Shown here in pieces: positions 36,601-49,895 of a stretch of 64,000 nt of DNA. The stretch's first letter is position 1, and every line of letters starts with the position of its first letter. Under the pieces are notes generated by a model. The model saw nothing but the letters and a program-made list of their open reading frames with translations. It ran no database searches and was not told where the DNA came from. The DNA comes from Fonticula alba ATCC 38817 (Eukaryota > Protista > Nucleariida). The stretch lies in NCBI GenBank assembly GCA_000388065.2, contig KB932205.1; one strand, given 5' to 3'. A program made the translations under genes and the position numbers.

Positions 36601-39600
36601 TCGGCAGCTCGGCTCGCAGTTCCGTGGCCTCGGCCTTCATTCTGGCCGATTTGGATGTTCGCCTGGCTGGCGGCTTGCCTGCGGCCGGGAGTGCGGTGGT
36701 CCCGGCGTCGCAGGGCAGCCAGTCTTGGCAGCCCCCGGCCGTTGCCTCCTTCGGCCTGGCGGTCTACCCGGCTGCCTTCTGGCTTGGTCGCCGGCTGGTG
36801 GCATCCATCCTGGAGGGTGGCAATCCAAGTGGCAGCAGCAGCAGCAGCAGCAGCAGCTGTGTCGCCCCTGCCGCCCCTTCCTCCAGTGCATCCGCCATGA
36901 CCACGGCCAGCGGCCTGCGCCATCTTTCCCAGCTGTCCGGGGCCCTGTCACAGGATGTCGCCGGCCCGGCGGCCCTGTCCGATGGGGTCCCCTGCCTGCG
37001 GAGCTTGGCCGCTGCCATTGCGCGTCTGTCCCCGGGCGGCTGTTCCTTCACGGATTGCGACATGGCCACCGTGATCCTGGCCCACGCGGGCCATGCGTGG
37101 CTCTTCTGGCTGCCGGCTCGGCCGGTCGATGTGCGAGCCCTGCTGGCCGATCGCCTGCCGGCTGCCACTCTGGCGCCAGTTGAGCGCCTGCCCGTGGGCA
37201 CGGCGCTGGTCAGCATCCAGCCCTTCCTACGGCCGGCCATCGGCCATGTGTTCGTCGATGTGCATGGCCTGCAAGTCCGCCTGCGGTCGGCGGCCGGGCC
37301 CGGCGCGGCCATTGCCCCGCTGGCCCTCGGCGACCGCGGCCCCGATGCCAGCTCGGCCCCGACCCTGGCCGGAGCCAACACCGCCGCGGCCGCCCAGCGT
37401 CTTCTGCACAATCTGATTGTCTTCGACCGGGCACGCGTGGCCGATCGCGTTTGTGCCATCAACCAGTGGGACCGGCGTCTGATTGCCCTGCGCGCATTGG
37501 CCCTCGGCCTGGCTCATCGCCAGTTGGATGCGGTGCGCACCGCCCTGGCCGACATCCAGGGCGACCAGCTGTCCGATGCGATTGCCCTGTGTGTGGAGGC
37601 CCTCCGGGGCCTGGTGGCCGAATCGACAGTCACCTCAGCCGATGGCGATGTCGGGCCCGGGCCCGGGGCCGGGGCCGGGGTCAAGCCCGGGCCGGGTCCC
37701 CCGCAGGCAACCTTCCGCGATGCGGCCACCCGGCAATTTGCATTCGAATGTGCCCGGTGCATCCTCTCCAGCATTGTTCGGCGCATTGCCTCGCATGCAG
37801 TCGGCCTGGGCAAGACCCTGCAGGAGGGCATCGCGCGATCGCCCACCAGCACGAGCAGCATCCTGCCATTGAGCTCGCTGCTGGTTCTGGCCAACAGCGC
37901 CCAGGGGGACCTGGCCTCGTTGCTGGCCGGCCCGGCCGGCCATCTGCTGGCCGACCCGATGTCCGCCACTACCACCGCGCCTGGTCCTCCTGCCTCGGAT
38001 CTGGCCCTGCCCAGCTTGCGGGAGATTGTTTCCCTGTCCCGGTCTTTGGCCGAAGTCCGGCGCTTCATCCTGCAGCCGCCCTTCCGCGCGGCCACCTCGC
38101 CCGACCTGCCGGAATGCAGCCCGGTCATCCCGCTGGACGACTTGCCGGACTCGGTGGGCTCGGTGGCGGTGTGCTCGACCGGGCTGCTGGACCCGGCCGG
38201 GCGTCAGCTTTGGGCCGGCTGGCTGGAACTCTTCTCCAAGCCGACCCTCACCTCGGCCGATGCCACGCTCCAGACCCTGGAGCACGGCCTGGCCACCGGG
38301 GCCCTGAGCCTGGCATTGGCCTTCCTCCGGTCGGAGCTCGGGGCGCGCTGGTGGAATGGCAGCCTGCTGAACCAAACCGCCAGCGGCCATCTGTTGCGAT
38401 TGACGGACCCGGCGTCGACCGGGTCCGGCCCCGGGCCCGAGACGCGTGCCCCTCGGGCGGCCCCCCGCTCGCGTAGCTCCAGCACCGCTCGGCCGGTGGA
38501 TGCGACCGAGGCCGGGCCCTCGGAGCCCCCCGCCGGCTCTGATCGACGCAAGGCCGGGCGCAGCCGGCGTCCGGCTGACCCGGCGTCCGGTGCCGACGAG
38601 ACCGCGCCAGTGCCGGACAAGCGCCGGACCCGGCGTACTCGGAAGTCCCGCCCGGCCGACTCGGAGGGGCCCGCCGCCGGCGAGGACCCCTCGGCGGCGA
38701 TGCCCGCACCGGCGCCTGTTGCATCCGCGGCGGCGGTGGCCGACGCCTTCCCGGCCCTGGGGCCGGAATCTTCGGGTGCCACGCCGGCCGTGCCGGGCAC
38801 CGGTGCCACCCCACGACTGGATCCCCTGCTGGCAGCCGACCTTCCCACGTTGCCCCTGTGGCGCATTCGAGCCCTGCTGGCGCGCACCATCTACACGCAT
38901 ATTTGCGCGCGGAATGTGGCGGCAACGCGCCGGCTCTTGGCCGGCTTGGGCCTGTCGGCGCGCGATGCCTGGCGCGAGCTCCTCCGGCACACGTCCAGCC
39001 ATCAGCTCCGGGAAATTCTCCTGCCCCATGTGGCCTTGACCCCGGGCAGCCCGGAGGACTTGGCCGATGCGCGGGCCGTGCGCCTGGCCCGGGCCGTGCA
39101 GGCCTCCCTCTCGGCTCCCAATGCCGGCCAGGACAACCTCTTCAGCGAGGTGGGCCGGCTGTTGGCCGGTATGGCCGGCCGCCAAGGCACGGCCAATGCC
39201 CAGGCCTTTGTCGAGACCTTCCTCCAGCAGGCTCCCGGGCCCGGGGCTTCGGCCCTCGACCGCGACCTCTTCCTGACCGGCCAGGTGACCGACACGCTGC
39301 CAGTCCTCCAGGTGACGGCCGACATCCTGGCAGTCGCCGGGCCCAGCGGCCTCCCGCCCACCAACTCCTATGTGCAGGTGATGCTCGCCTGGTTCCGGGC
39401 CCTGGAGCCCGAGCTCCAGTCACGCCTGGCCCTGAGTCTGCTCCCGGGGCTGGGCCTGTCGGCGCTGGATGTCGGCGCTCGATTGGATTCCCTGCCCGGG
39501 CAACTGGCCGACCTTTTCCAGGGCCTGTCGCGATCGGACTTGGCCCGGGCGGCACTGATCCTGGCATCGGCCGGCGCCTCGACCGCCAGCGTGCGCATCG

Positions 39601-42600
39601 CCGCCGTGCTTGCCCGGGACTCGTTGAATTCCCTGCCTGACGCCGGGTCGGCCGTGGCCCAAGCCCTCTCCGAGGAGTACTGTCGGATTCTGACGCACCT
39701 GGCGCCGTTGCACATCCTGTCCGTGGCGGCCACCAGCCCGGAGTGGGGCACGGTCCTGGCCCGGCGCCTGGCCAAGCTGGACCACCCGCTCGAAGCCGGT
39801 CCCGGCGGCCCCGGCGGCCCCGGCGGCCATGATGCCGAGTTTGCCCTGCTCTTGTCCACGCGATTGCTGTCTCTCTCCCGCAATGGGACCCTCTTTTCCG
39901 ATGGCCTGGGCAATCAGCAACTCGATCGGGACACCCTGGACCGGCATCTTGCCCAGTCGTTTGTAGCCTCGCGATCGATTGGCGCCCTGGCGGAGTTGCT
40001 GGCTGCCCGATCGGCGGATTCGCTGCTCGGGTCGCTGGCCACCGCCGGCGCCGGCGCCGGCTCCGGCAACCGTCCGCCGGCCCTGGCTCTGTTGGAGCTC
40101 TTGGCGCCGGTACCGGAGAGCAGCTCCGCATCGAGCCCCGCCGGGACCGCTGCCGCGCCCTACCTCCATGCCTGGTTGGATTTGTTGCTGGCATTCCTGG
40201 CTCTGGCCGAGGAGGGCCCCTCGGCCGCCGGGGACCGGTGGTGGGCGGCGGCCTTGGCCAACTCCCTGGCCGCGGTGGCCTCTCCCGATGGCCTGACGCC
40301 CGGGTGGCTGGTGGCCCGAGTTCGCCAAATGATGTCCTCGTCGGTGGGCCATTCGGCCGGCGGGAGCCCCTCGGCGTCGACCGACCCGGCCACCAATGGG
40401 TCCTCGGTGCTGACTGCCTTCCTGTCGCGGGCCCCTCGGCGGCCATTCCTGGCCCTGGGACCGCTGGTCCTGAGCGGGCGCGGGGTGCGCACCGCGGCCG
40501 GGGCCCCGGTTGGCACCGAAGCCCAAGTGGACCCGCGACGCCTGCACGCGGCCCTCGTGTCGTACCCCCTGCTGCGCCGGGCCCTTGGCCTGGATTCGCT
40601 CGAGGGTCCGGAAAGCCGCGAGGCTGCCTCATCGCGACAGACCCTGGTGGCCGGGCTGAAGGCTGTGGCCGGGGAGCTCCTGCCGTTGGAGCTGGTCCGC
40701 GCGGCCTTGCCGGGCGCCAGTGGGCTGTCTCCCCTGGCTCAGTGGCTGCGCCATGGCGAGTGGTATTCCCTGTCGGCGCATGGCCAAACCCCGGCCGGGG
40801 TGCTGACCAGCGCGCAGGCAGGTGGCACACTTTTGCCGTTGCTGCTTCGTGCCCTGCCCCGGCCGGGGCTCGCGGGCTCCGGGGCTGGGGTGGGAGTCGC
40901 CGGCGCATGCTCGTCGGACCTCCTGCTGCCGGGGGCCGCTCGCCGGAGCACGGCCATCCGCGCGGCCGAATACCAGCATTTCATCCAACTCTCCAGGGCT
41001 GTCTTCCAGCAGCTGGTCCAGGCAGGGGCCCTTGCCCAGGCGCCCTTGCTGGACCCGCTGCACTTTGTGCGCGTGGGTCAGCCGCTGCGTGCTGTGCAGC
41101 TGGCCGAGCATGTGCTCCAGTCCGGCGCCCCGACGGCCGGGGCCTACCTGCGTCTCTTGGCGGATCTGGTGCATCGGCTGTTGCTGGGGGCCTTTGACGA
41201 TCGGCTGATCGTGGCCTCGGGGCTTGTGGTACTGGAGCGCCTGCTTCCACGGCTCTTCCCCGATGCCGGCGCAGCATGCCATGAGTATCTGCAACACTTG
41301 CGCTCGGATTTGCGCGTGGGCCGTTTGCTATTCTACACCGCCCAGGCGCTGGAGAAGGAGTCTTCGGCGGTGGCGGCGGCGGCGGCGACCATCCTCCCGA
41401 CGGATCGGCTGGACGCCCTTCGCCAATGCCACGCCCACGAGCACACAGTTCGCTTGCTCCTGGACCTGGCCATCGGCCGGGGCCTGCGATCGGAGCTGGG
41501 TGGCCATCTGGCTGGGGGCCGTGCGCCGGCGTCCTTGGCCTTGGTATCCGGCGGCCTGGCGGCCAGTGGTCGAGCGGTCTTCCTCCTGCTGCAGGATGCC
41601 CTGTGCCTGGCGGCGGCCGGGGCCGGTCCATCCGGCCCCGGGCTCCTGGCCCCGGTGGCCGAGGGTCTCTTCGATCGCAGTCCCGTGGCCGGGGAGGAGG
41701 GCTTCCGCGAGGTGGCGGCATGTCGCCTGGCGGCCGGCTTCGCCGCCGCCCATGGGACCGGGCCTGCATGGGACCTGCTGACCTTCCTGGCCAGGCGGGT
41801 GTCCCCCGCGGACGGTGTGGCCGGTGTGCTGATGCTGCTGGCATGCGCCGATGCGCTGGCCCTGTCGCAGGAGGATGCCCTGTCGGCGGTGACCATCTGC
41901 GGGCGGTCTGCCAGCACCGGCGCCATTGAGCATGCCCTGGATGCGCTGAGCTTCGGCGCGGCGCAAGTACTGCCCGGCGGGTCGGTGGCGGACCGTGTGC
42001 GGGCGCTGCGCAGTGTGCCGGCCAATGCCGGCCCCGGCGCCAGCGCCAATGCCCTGGAGTCGCCGCTCTTCCGTGAGGATTCCCTGGGCGACAGCCCGGG
42101 CATGATCTCCCCGAGTGGCACGCTCTCCGGGCCGTCCTCAAATGGCGGCCCGGCCTCAGGGCCACCCGCCTGTGATACATGGTTCTACCAGCCCGCATGT
42201 GTGTGTGGCCAGCAGATGGCTGCGGCCGCGGCCACGGTGCCCGGCAGCCCGCCGGCCGACCGGCCATCCCTGGCCTGCGTCGATGTCGATGGGGATTACA
42301 CGGATCGCGTGCTGCTGGATGAGCGCGCCGCCGATGAGGAGTCCCGCATGGCCGGTCCGTCGGGTTCCTCGGGCTCCGGGCCCGGCGGCCGGGCTCGATC
42401 CTCATCGGTCGAGTCGGTGCTCGGTGATGGGTCTGTCCTGTCCGGGCCCGGGAGCCATGGGTTCGACTCGCTGGGCTTCGATTCGGACTTGCTGGCCCTG
42501 CCGGACATGATGATGATGCTCGAGGCCCCGGACCTGGGTGCCGGCCAGATGGGCGACTTTTCGCCCTGTCTCGGGGGCCCGGGCTGTCGGTGGGCCCTTT

Positions 42601-45600
42601 GCCCGTCGACCTATGGCCTGCCCGGGACCGGGGTGTCACTCCTGTCGGAGGAGGAGCCGGCCGCCGAGGGAACGCCCGACTCGGCCAATGTCTCCGGGGC
42701 TCGGGCTGCGGCCGCCGACGCTCCCACATCCGTCGTGTCGGCTCTCATGCATGCGATTGCCCTGCGTGCGGATGCCGAGGAGCCCACCTCCCCGGGGGCC
42801 GGGAGCTCCTCCATGCTGGCCGCCGCCGGCGGGGCCACGGCCCTGGCTCGTGGGCAGTCCCGCCCGGCCGAGGATCGTCCCTGGCTGGCGATCTTCCGCT
42901 CGGCGGTGACCTCTCGCGAGCCGATTCTGGCCATCCTGGCGGCCTCGATGTTCGGCCTGGACCGGGTCGGCCGGGTGCCGGCGCTCTGTGCCTTCATCGG
43001 GGCGGCCTTGCCGGCGGCCACCCTGCCACCCGGGCGACTGGGCGGCGGCCATCCGCGGGACTTGCGCCTTGTCACCCAGCTGGCCGTGGTGTCGGGCGTG
43101 GGGACGGCCGTGGCGGCGGCCTGCGCGCGTCTCGCCCCGGAGCACCCCCTGCGAGCGCTCAGCGCCTTCGCCGCGGCGGCCACCTGTGGCGGGGACCTGT
43201 CCCCGGCTGGCGTGGCCGTGGCGGCGCTCAACAAATTCGTCGAGGTGTCGCTGTCGGCGCTGCTGGTCCAGTCGACCAGCACCGTGGCCTCTCGCGGTTC
43301 CGGTGGGGCCGGCCACCCGAGTGACCCGGTCTACCGGCAGACCTTGAGCATCGGCTGGCTGCGGGCCGCCTGTGCCAATGTGGTTGATGGGGTCCTCGTG
43401 CGGGCGGCCGTCATGGCGGCCGCCGCGGCCACCGGGCCCGGGCTCGCCGGCCGCCCGGGAGCCGACATGGCCGCCGCCCGGGCCGCCCTCCGCGCGCGCA
43501 TCGCCGTCCTGGAGATGGTCATTCGCGCGGATGTGGACGCCTTCCTGCTGACCAGCACCCTGGCTTCGGGCCAGGGGAGCCGCTTTGCGCGGGCCTGTCG
43601 CGATAGCAGTGGCACCCCATCGGCGGGGGCCGCTCGCCTGGGCCGGTATGGCCGACAGCTGGCGGCCCTGCGGCTGCTGGCCGCGGCCGACATCGTCCTG
43701 CCGGATGCCACACTGCCGGTGGCGGCCGTTTCGCCGACCGCCTGCGCGCTGGCCCTCTCGGCGGCCGGGGAGCATCTGGCCGCGTTGGATTGCGCGCGCC
43801 TCGGCGGCTGCAGCCTGACCATGCGTGCCAGCCTGGCCATCGCCGAGTGCGAGGCATCCATCTATGCGTGTCGCGAGCCGCGACTTGCTGGCTCGGCCGT
43901 GGTGGGCTTCGCCCGGGCGGCCCTCGACCAGGCGGCCCTGCTGCCGGTTCGCGCGGGGTCCGGCGCCACGATTGTCAGCGGTGCCATGCGGCCCTCCGGG
44001 GCGGCGGCCTTGCGCGGCCTGTCCCACTCGCCGGAAGCCAGCACCGCCACCCTGCTCGGGGGCCCCTCCACATTGGGGGAGCACCATCTGCCGGGTGCCG
44101 GGGGTCCTCCCGTGCCGCCGGCCCTGGAGCACCATGCATACCACCCGGAGTCCGATGACCCGGAGGTGGCGGTCCTCTGGTCCTCGCCGGCCTTGCGTCG
44201 GTCGCTGTGGGAGCGGTGCGATGCGCGTCTCCGCGTGCGACTCTTCGACCCGGAGCAAACTTCGCCCCCCCTGTCGCCGCACCTGTCCCGGGCCCGGGCG
44301 GCTCTGGCCGTCGGGGCCTTCTTCCTCCGGCAGCTGGCTGCCCACTCGGTGTCCTGTGGCGTGGAGAATGCCGAGGGCGCGGCCGAGCATGCGGCCCTCC
44401 TGGCCCGGGCGTACCACTGGCTGGCGGCCGTGCCGCGCCTTCTGCCCGGGGTCTTCCTGGAGCTGGCGCGCCTGCCAGCCGCCGGGCCCGGGCTGCTCCA
44501 GGAATCGGTGGCCATCTCGCCGCACACGTGCTTGGATCTGGGCACGGCGGCGGGCCACAGCTTCGCGCATGCCCTCCAGCGCCGGGTCATCCTGGCCGCC
44601 CTGCGGGCCGTGGACCAAGCCCGCGAGGAGCATCCCAGCCTGCGAGCCAGCCTCGGCACCGGGCCGGGGGCCGATCTGACGGCTGGGGCCGATGCGGCCA
44701 TCGGCTCGCCCGACCCCTCGACCGCCCCCTTCGGCCTGGGTGATGTGCGTCTGGCCCTCGGCAAGACCCTCAGCCAGCTGACGGGTCTGGCCGCGGGCCG
44801 GCCGGCCGTCGGGCTCGGCACCGCCCGGGTGCCCTGGACGGCGGCCAGCTTCACCGATCTCCTGGCCCCGGGCGGCCTGGACCTGCCGGCCTGGTGCGAT
44901 GAGGACATTTCGCTGACGCGGCTGGAGCGGTCGTCCATCCGCCGGGCCATTGGGCGGCAGCTGGATGGGGGAGCCCTGGTCCAGGCGGCCCAATTGGCCC
45001 TGCTTTTCGGGCCCCGCCATGCGGGCTACCTGTCGCGGGACATCGCCATCCTGTACCAGGCGTCGCTGGTGGCCGATCGCTATGTGGCCGGGTCGTTGGC
45101 CTCGCCGACCGCGGCCCCCGCGCCGGGGGATCCTCTCCCGGGCGCGCGTCAGCGCTTCCTCAGCCAGTTCCTGGGGCTGCTTCGCCGTGAGGCATCCCCC
45201 GAGTCGGGGCCCAAGGTGTCGGTTCCGGCCAGCCCGCGGAATGCGGCCGACATCACGCCCGGCAGCACCCCCACGGCGGTCGGCGGCACGCCGGTGCCCA
45301 TCCGCAGTCCGCTGGCCTCGGCACCGGCCTCGGCAGCGGTCAGCATCACGGCTGGCCTCCTGTCCTCGGCCCTGTCTTCCTCCCTGCTCACGGGCAGCCT
45401 GAGTGCCGTCCTGTCTGGGGATCTGCACGACGGGTCTCTTGGCTTGGGCTCGCCCTCGGGCGAGGCTCTCGCGCGGGGCGGTGGCCCCTCCTCCAGCTTC
45501 GACCACATGCACGGGGGCGCTGGACACGGTGCTGGTCATGGCAACGGCAGCGAGGAGGCGGAGGAGGATGACGATGATGATGACGACTCGGACAACGACT

Positions 45601-48600
45601 CCGAGTACGAGGCCCACCATTCGCATGTGTCGCAGGCGGATGCCGGGGATTATCTGCTGGAGGCCCTGTCAGCGGGGCTGACCGGGCCCTCGCAGCTGGA
45701 GGGGCTCGACTCCTCCTTCGACCTGACGGGGGCCGGTGGCCCGGCTGCGGCCGCGGCGGCAGCCGCCTCTGTTCGCACGGCCCTGGCCAATGACCCGATC
45801 TGGCAGATCCTCACCGCCTTCATCCTCCGGCCGGGGCTGTCAGATCAGGCGGTGGCCGGGCCCGGGCCCGGCATGTCGGCCGATCCGCTTGGTGTGGCCT
45901 GTCGCGACTGGTTCGCGCATTTGGCCGTGCTGGTGCGCTGCGCGCGGGCGGCCCTGCGGGCCATCCTGGCGGATGCCTGTGCGGCGCGCCTGCTGAGCCA
46001 GGTGCACCGGGAATCGGGGCTCAGCCCGGAGCGGGCATCGGTGGCACTGCTCTCGCCGTTGTACGAGCATCCGGCCGCCGGGGCGGAGTGCTCGTATGAG
46101 GCGGTGGCTGCGGCCCCGGTGGCCGGGACGCTGGAGCGCCTGCTGCGGGTGCGCCTGCGGGCGGCCGCGCCGGACCTACGCTCCGTGGCCCCGGCCGCCG
46201 GGCCTGGCCTGTCGGAAGACCAGTCACTCGCCGAGCATGCCCGGTTCCGGGCCCAGTGGCAGCAGTATGAATTCCGCGGGCAGCGCCTGCTGGCGGCCGG
46301 GCTGCTGCAAGTGGCCCAGGCCTTTGCCTTCTCGCATGCGGTTTCCCGGCCGGCCCTGGTGACGGCGGTCGCCCGGGCCTTCGGCCATGCGGTCCTGGTG
46401 GCGGTCAACCGGTATGCCGGGCCCGGTCGTCGGGCCCTGGTGGACACGCTCCGTAGCGGCCGGCTGAGCCTCGGCCCGGCGGACGTCGAGGACGAGGCCA
46501 CGGCCGCCGCGGCGCAGCTCCGCTCGACCGCCGATTCGTCCATGGCCGGCGCGCCGGCGGTTCACCACGCTACGCTGGCCGCTGGCCGACAGCTGAGCGA
46601 ATTGCCGGCCCGGCTGCCGGCCGATGACCGCCCGCTGCTGGATGCCGCCTGGTCGACGGATGACTTCCTGTCGACTCTGCTGCCGGCGGCCGCGGCGGCC
46701 GTCGGCTCACTGGGCACAGGGGCCGGGTCCTTTGCCGGGTCGGCAGGGTCGCAGTCGGGCTCGGCCATGGCCGGGGGGTCGGCCTCTGCCGGGCCGCTGG
46801 CCATCGATACGGCCGCCGATGCGGCCTCCTCGGCCTCGCTGCTGGGCCACACCCTGTGCGGGCTGGTCGACCGGCCGGACGGCCTGGTGGGAGACCTGCT
46901 GGCGCCGGTGGCGACCAGCGGCCTGGCCGCCGAGCCGTCCCCCTCGGCGGCCCTGCACATCACCGAAGTGGAGCTGCTGGTCCGGGCGCATGAGGCCTTC
47001 CGCCGGGCGTCGGACGCCGGGGGCGAGGCGCGTGTGCTGCGCCTGGTCCGCAGCCGCGTGGAGCAGGCATATGTCCCGGCATTGGAGTTGCCCCTGTTGG
47101 TGCGCCTGCTGACCGGGGTCGGCCGGTATGCCGACATGACCTTCATCCTGGACTGCCTGTCGGTGCATGATTCCTTCGAGCTCCTGCTGCGCCGGGCCCA
47201 TGGAGGCCGGTCGCGTCATGGGGAGCTTCGCCGGGCTCTGCATGCGTATTTGCTGCGCCCGAGCGCGTCGCTCCCGCCGCAGCCCACCCCGCAGGAGTAT
47301 GCGGCCGATGCGCAGTCCCGCCGGGAGCGCTTGCAGATGGTGTTCCTGGCCTTCGGCATGTTCCGGGAAAATGGGGACCTCCTCCGGGGGGATGCCGATG
47401 GGCGCGTGCGCCAGGTCCTGGCCATCGGCGATGTGGCCTCCACCTCCGGGGCTCTGGGACCCGGCGGGGCTGGCCACGGTCCTGGCCCTGCTCCGGGGCT
47501 GTCCTCGGCCTTGTCTTTCATGGCTGGCGATGCGCCGATCAATGATTCCGGGGACTCCGGCGCGCGGCCCATCGCCGGGTCTGGGGCTCGGCGTGACTCG
47601 GAGCTGGCCTCCTCCCTGGCATCGTCGTTGGCCGGTGGCCGGCGGTCGGGTGCCGGGGCCGGGGCCGGGGCCGGGGCCGCGGGGCCCGCCGGCACGGCCA
47701 CCCCCCCGACCGGCGGCCCGGGGGCCCCCCTGCGGACGCAATTCCGCGCGGAGTTTGCCACCCGGCGGGACTTCTTCGAGCTCCTCACTGCCCGGGGTGG
47801 GGATTTGCGGGCGCGCATGGGCGCCGAGCTCCCGGGGCCCGGGCTCACCGGGGCCTGTGTGCAGCAGCTTCTCCAAGCCATGCATCTGTACATCGACGCC
47901 GGGGTATCGTACGCCCGGAGTGGGGACGTGGTCCGGGCCCGGGCGACGGCGGCCTGGGCGCGCCTCGTGGCGCTGCAGCTTCGGCAGCCGGATCTCGGCC
48001 TGCTGGGACTGGCCGCTTCGGCGGCCGGGCTGGCCACCGGGCCGGGTCCCCTGCCGGTCGACGCCCCCTACAGCGGCGGCTGGCTGTGCCGTTTGGCGGC
48101 CTTCTGCCAGGGCACCTTTGCCGATGTGCAAACCGTCCTCGAGGCGTATGGGCTGGATGCGGCGCCGGAATCGGCTGGCAGTGGCCCGGGCCCGGCTGGC
48201 GGTTCGCCCTCGCCGGCGGTGGCCCTGGCTGCCCTGGGTCTGGATGTGGCACAGGTCCCGCGGGCCCTGGCCCAGCCCGAGGCCCTGGCGGTCTTGCAGC
48301 GCTGGGGCGGTTGGATCGAGGCACTGGCCGTGGCGGCGGTGGCGTGTGGCCAGGTTGCCGTGCACGATGTCTTCCTCCAGCATTACGCCCCGCCGCCGGT
48401 GTTCTACGAATGGCTGGTGTTCCTGGTGTTCGAGGCCTTCGGCCTGGCGGATCTGGTCACTCGGCCGGTGTGCGGCGCCCACATCAACATCCTGCTCGGC
48501 CTGCTGGGGCTGGACATCGCCAGCTCGGAATTCGCGGCCCTCGGGGTGACCCCCGGGGCTGGTGGTGGGGGCGGGGGCTCCGGGTCCGGGGCCGGCCCCG

Positions 48601-49124
48601 GCGCCGGGGGCTTCAGTTCGCCGGCCGGGGCCGGGCTCGCCGCGGCGGCCCCTCTCCCCGTCAACTTGCTCCGGTCCTCGAGCGCGCTGCTATCCTCCTC
48701 GCCCTTGGCCTCCATCGGCCTGGCCTCGTCCCTGAGCAATGCCTTCTCCGGGGGCAGTGCTTCGACCGGGGCCGGGGCTTCGAGCACCGGTGGGGCTGGC
48801 GCCAGTGCGGCCTTCGCCGCATCGGCCGCCGCCGCCGCCGGCACCCTGCCGGTGGAGCTGGCACACAACCTGCTGCTCGTGCTGTCCGAGGCCCGGTCGG
48901 CCTCGCCGCTGTTGCTGCTCCGGGTGGGCCTGGCCTGTGTGTCGCCCACCCGGGCGGTCCCCTCGCGTCTGGAGGGCCTGCTGATTGCCATCATCGAGAA
49001 TTACCCCGGCATCGAGGAGCTGATCTATTTCGACTCGGCCCCGGCCGTCAAGTGGCCGGCGGCCGCCGGCGGGGGCGCCACCAATGTGGGCCACCACCCT
49101 GGCGGCGCCTTCCTCTTCGGCTAG
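33611..49124 (+). CDS. SPG11: Spatacsin (SPG11) homolog, 3 exons, ~5050 aa
   Basis: Exons 33611-34706, 34876-35421, 35605-49124, with both introns phase 1 (15162 nt). Spatacsin motifs include ALALGLAHRQLDAV and the Spatacsin_C-like ITEVELLVRAHEAF...LLVRLLTGVGRYADMTFILDCLSVHDSFELLL (~46960-47190) and RERLQMVFLAFGMFRE. Confidence 0.88.
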
Positions 49125-49263
49125 TTCTGCTCCCCCTGGCCAGCGGCGTCCTCTTGTGGCCAGGAAATACATGTCAACACAACTCCCCCATGCATCCTCG
49201 TGCCTTCATGCGCGCCCCCTTGCCCGGACCACGCCAAACACACTGTGAGTCTCCCCCCTTCCC

Positions 49264-49301
<38 letters not shown>

Positions 49302-49505
49302 TGGACGGCGGGCGGTATTTCGATGGTCTATATGTATATGTATCAAAGAGAGGCGTGTAACAAGGGGAACCCCCCCACGGAGAAGGGGGGGCGCGGCAGA
49401 GGGGGAGAGAAAGAGAGAAGGAGAGAGAGAGGGGGGGGGGACAGGGCAGGACACACTCTGACACTCCGCTCCAAGGCACACAAGGGGGAGGAGCCGCCCC
49501 AGGGA

Positions 49506-49895
49506 GGGGGGGGGGGGGAAGGTACACAGCAACGGGAAAGGGGGAAGAGGGGGCGGGCGGAGAAAAGAAAGGCAGAACACAGGGCGGGCACGCGGGTAAA
49601 TGCGCCCATGTGTGCACATGTGTGTATAGAGAGCCGGGAAGCCATGCGCGCGGGCGCGGGCGCGCGCGCTCACGAGTTCAGGGGCATCGTGGGGATGGGG
49701 GGGGGGGGGGGGGGAAGGTACACAGCAACGGGAAAGGGGGAAGAGGGGGCGGGCGGAGAAAAGAAAGGCAGAACACAGGGCGGGCACGCGGGTAAATGCG
49801 CCCATGTGTGCACATGTGTGTATAGAGAGCCGGGAAGCCATGCGCGCGGGCGCGGGCGCGCGCGCTCACGAGTTCAGGGGCATCGTGGGGATGGG
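49506..49895. repeat. 196-bp tandem duplication joined at a poly-G run
   Basis: GnAAGGTACACAGC...GGGGATGGG occurs twice with an offset of 196 bp. It includes the stop codon and 3' flank of the 49866-54090 gene. Confidence 0.9.
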
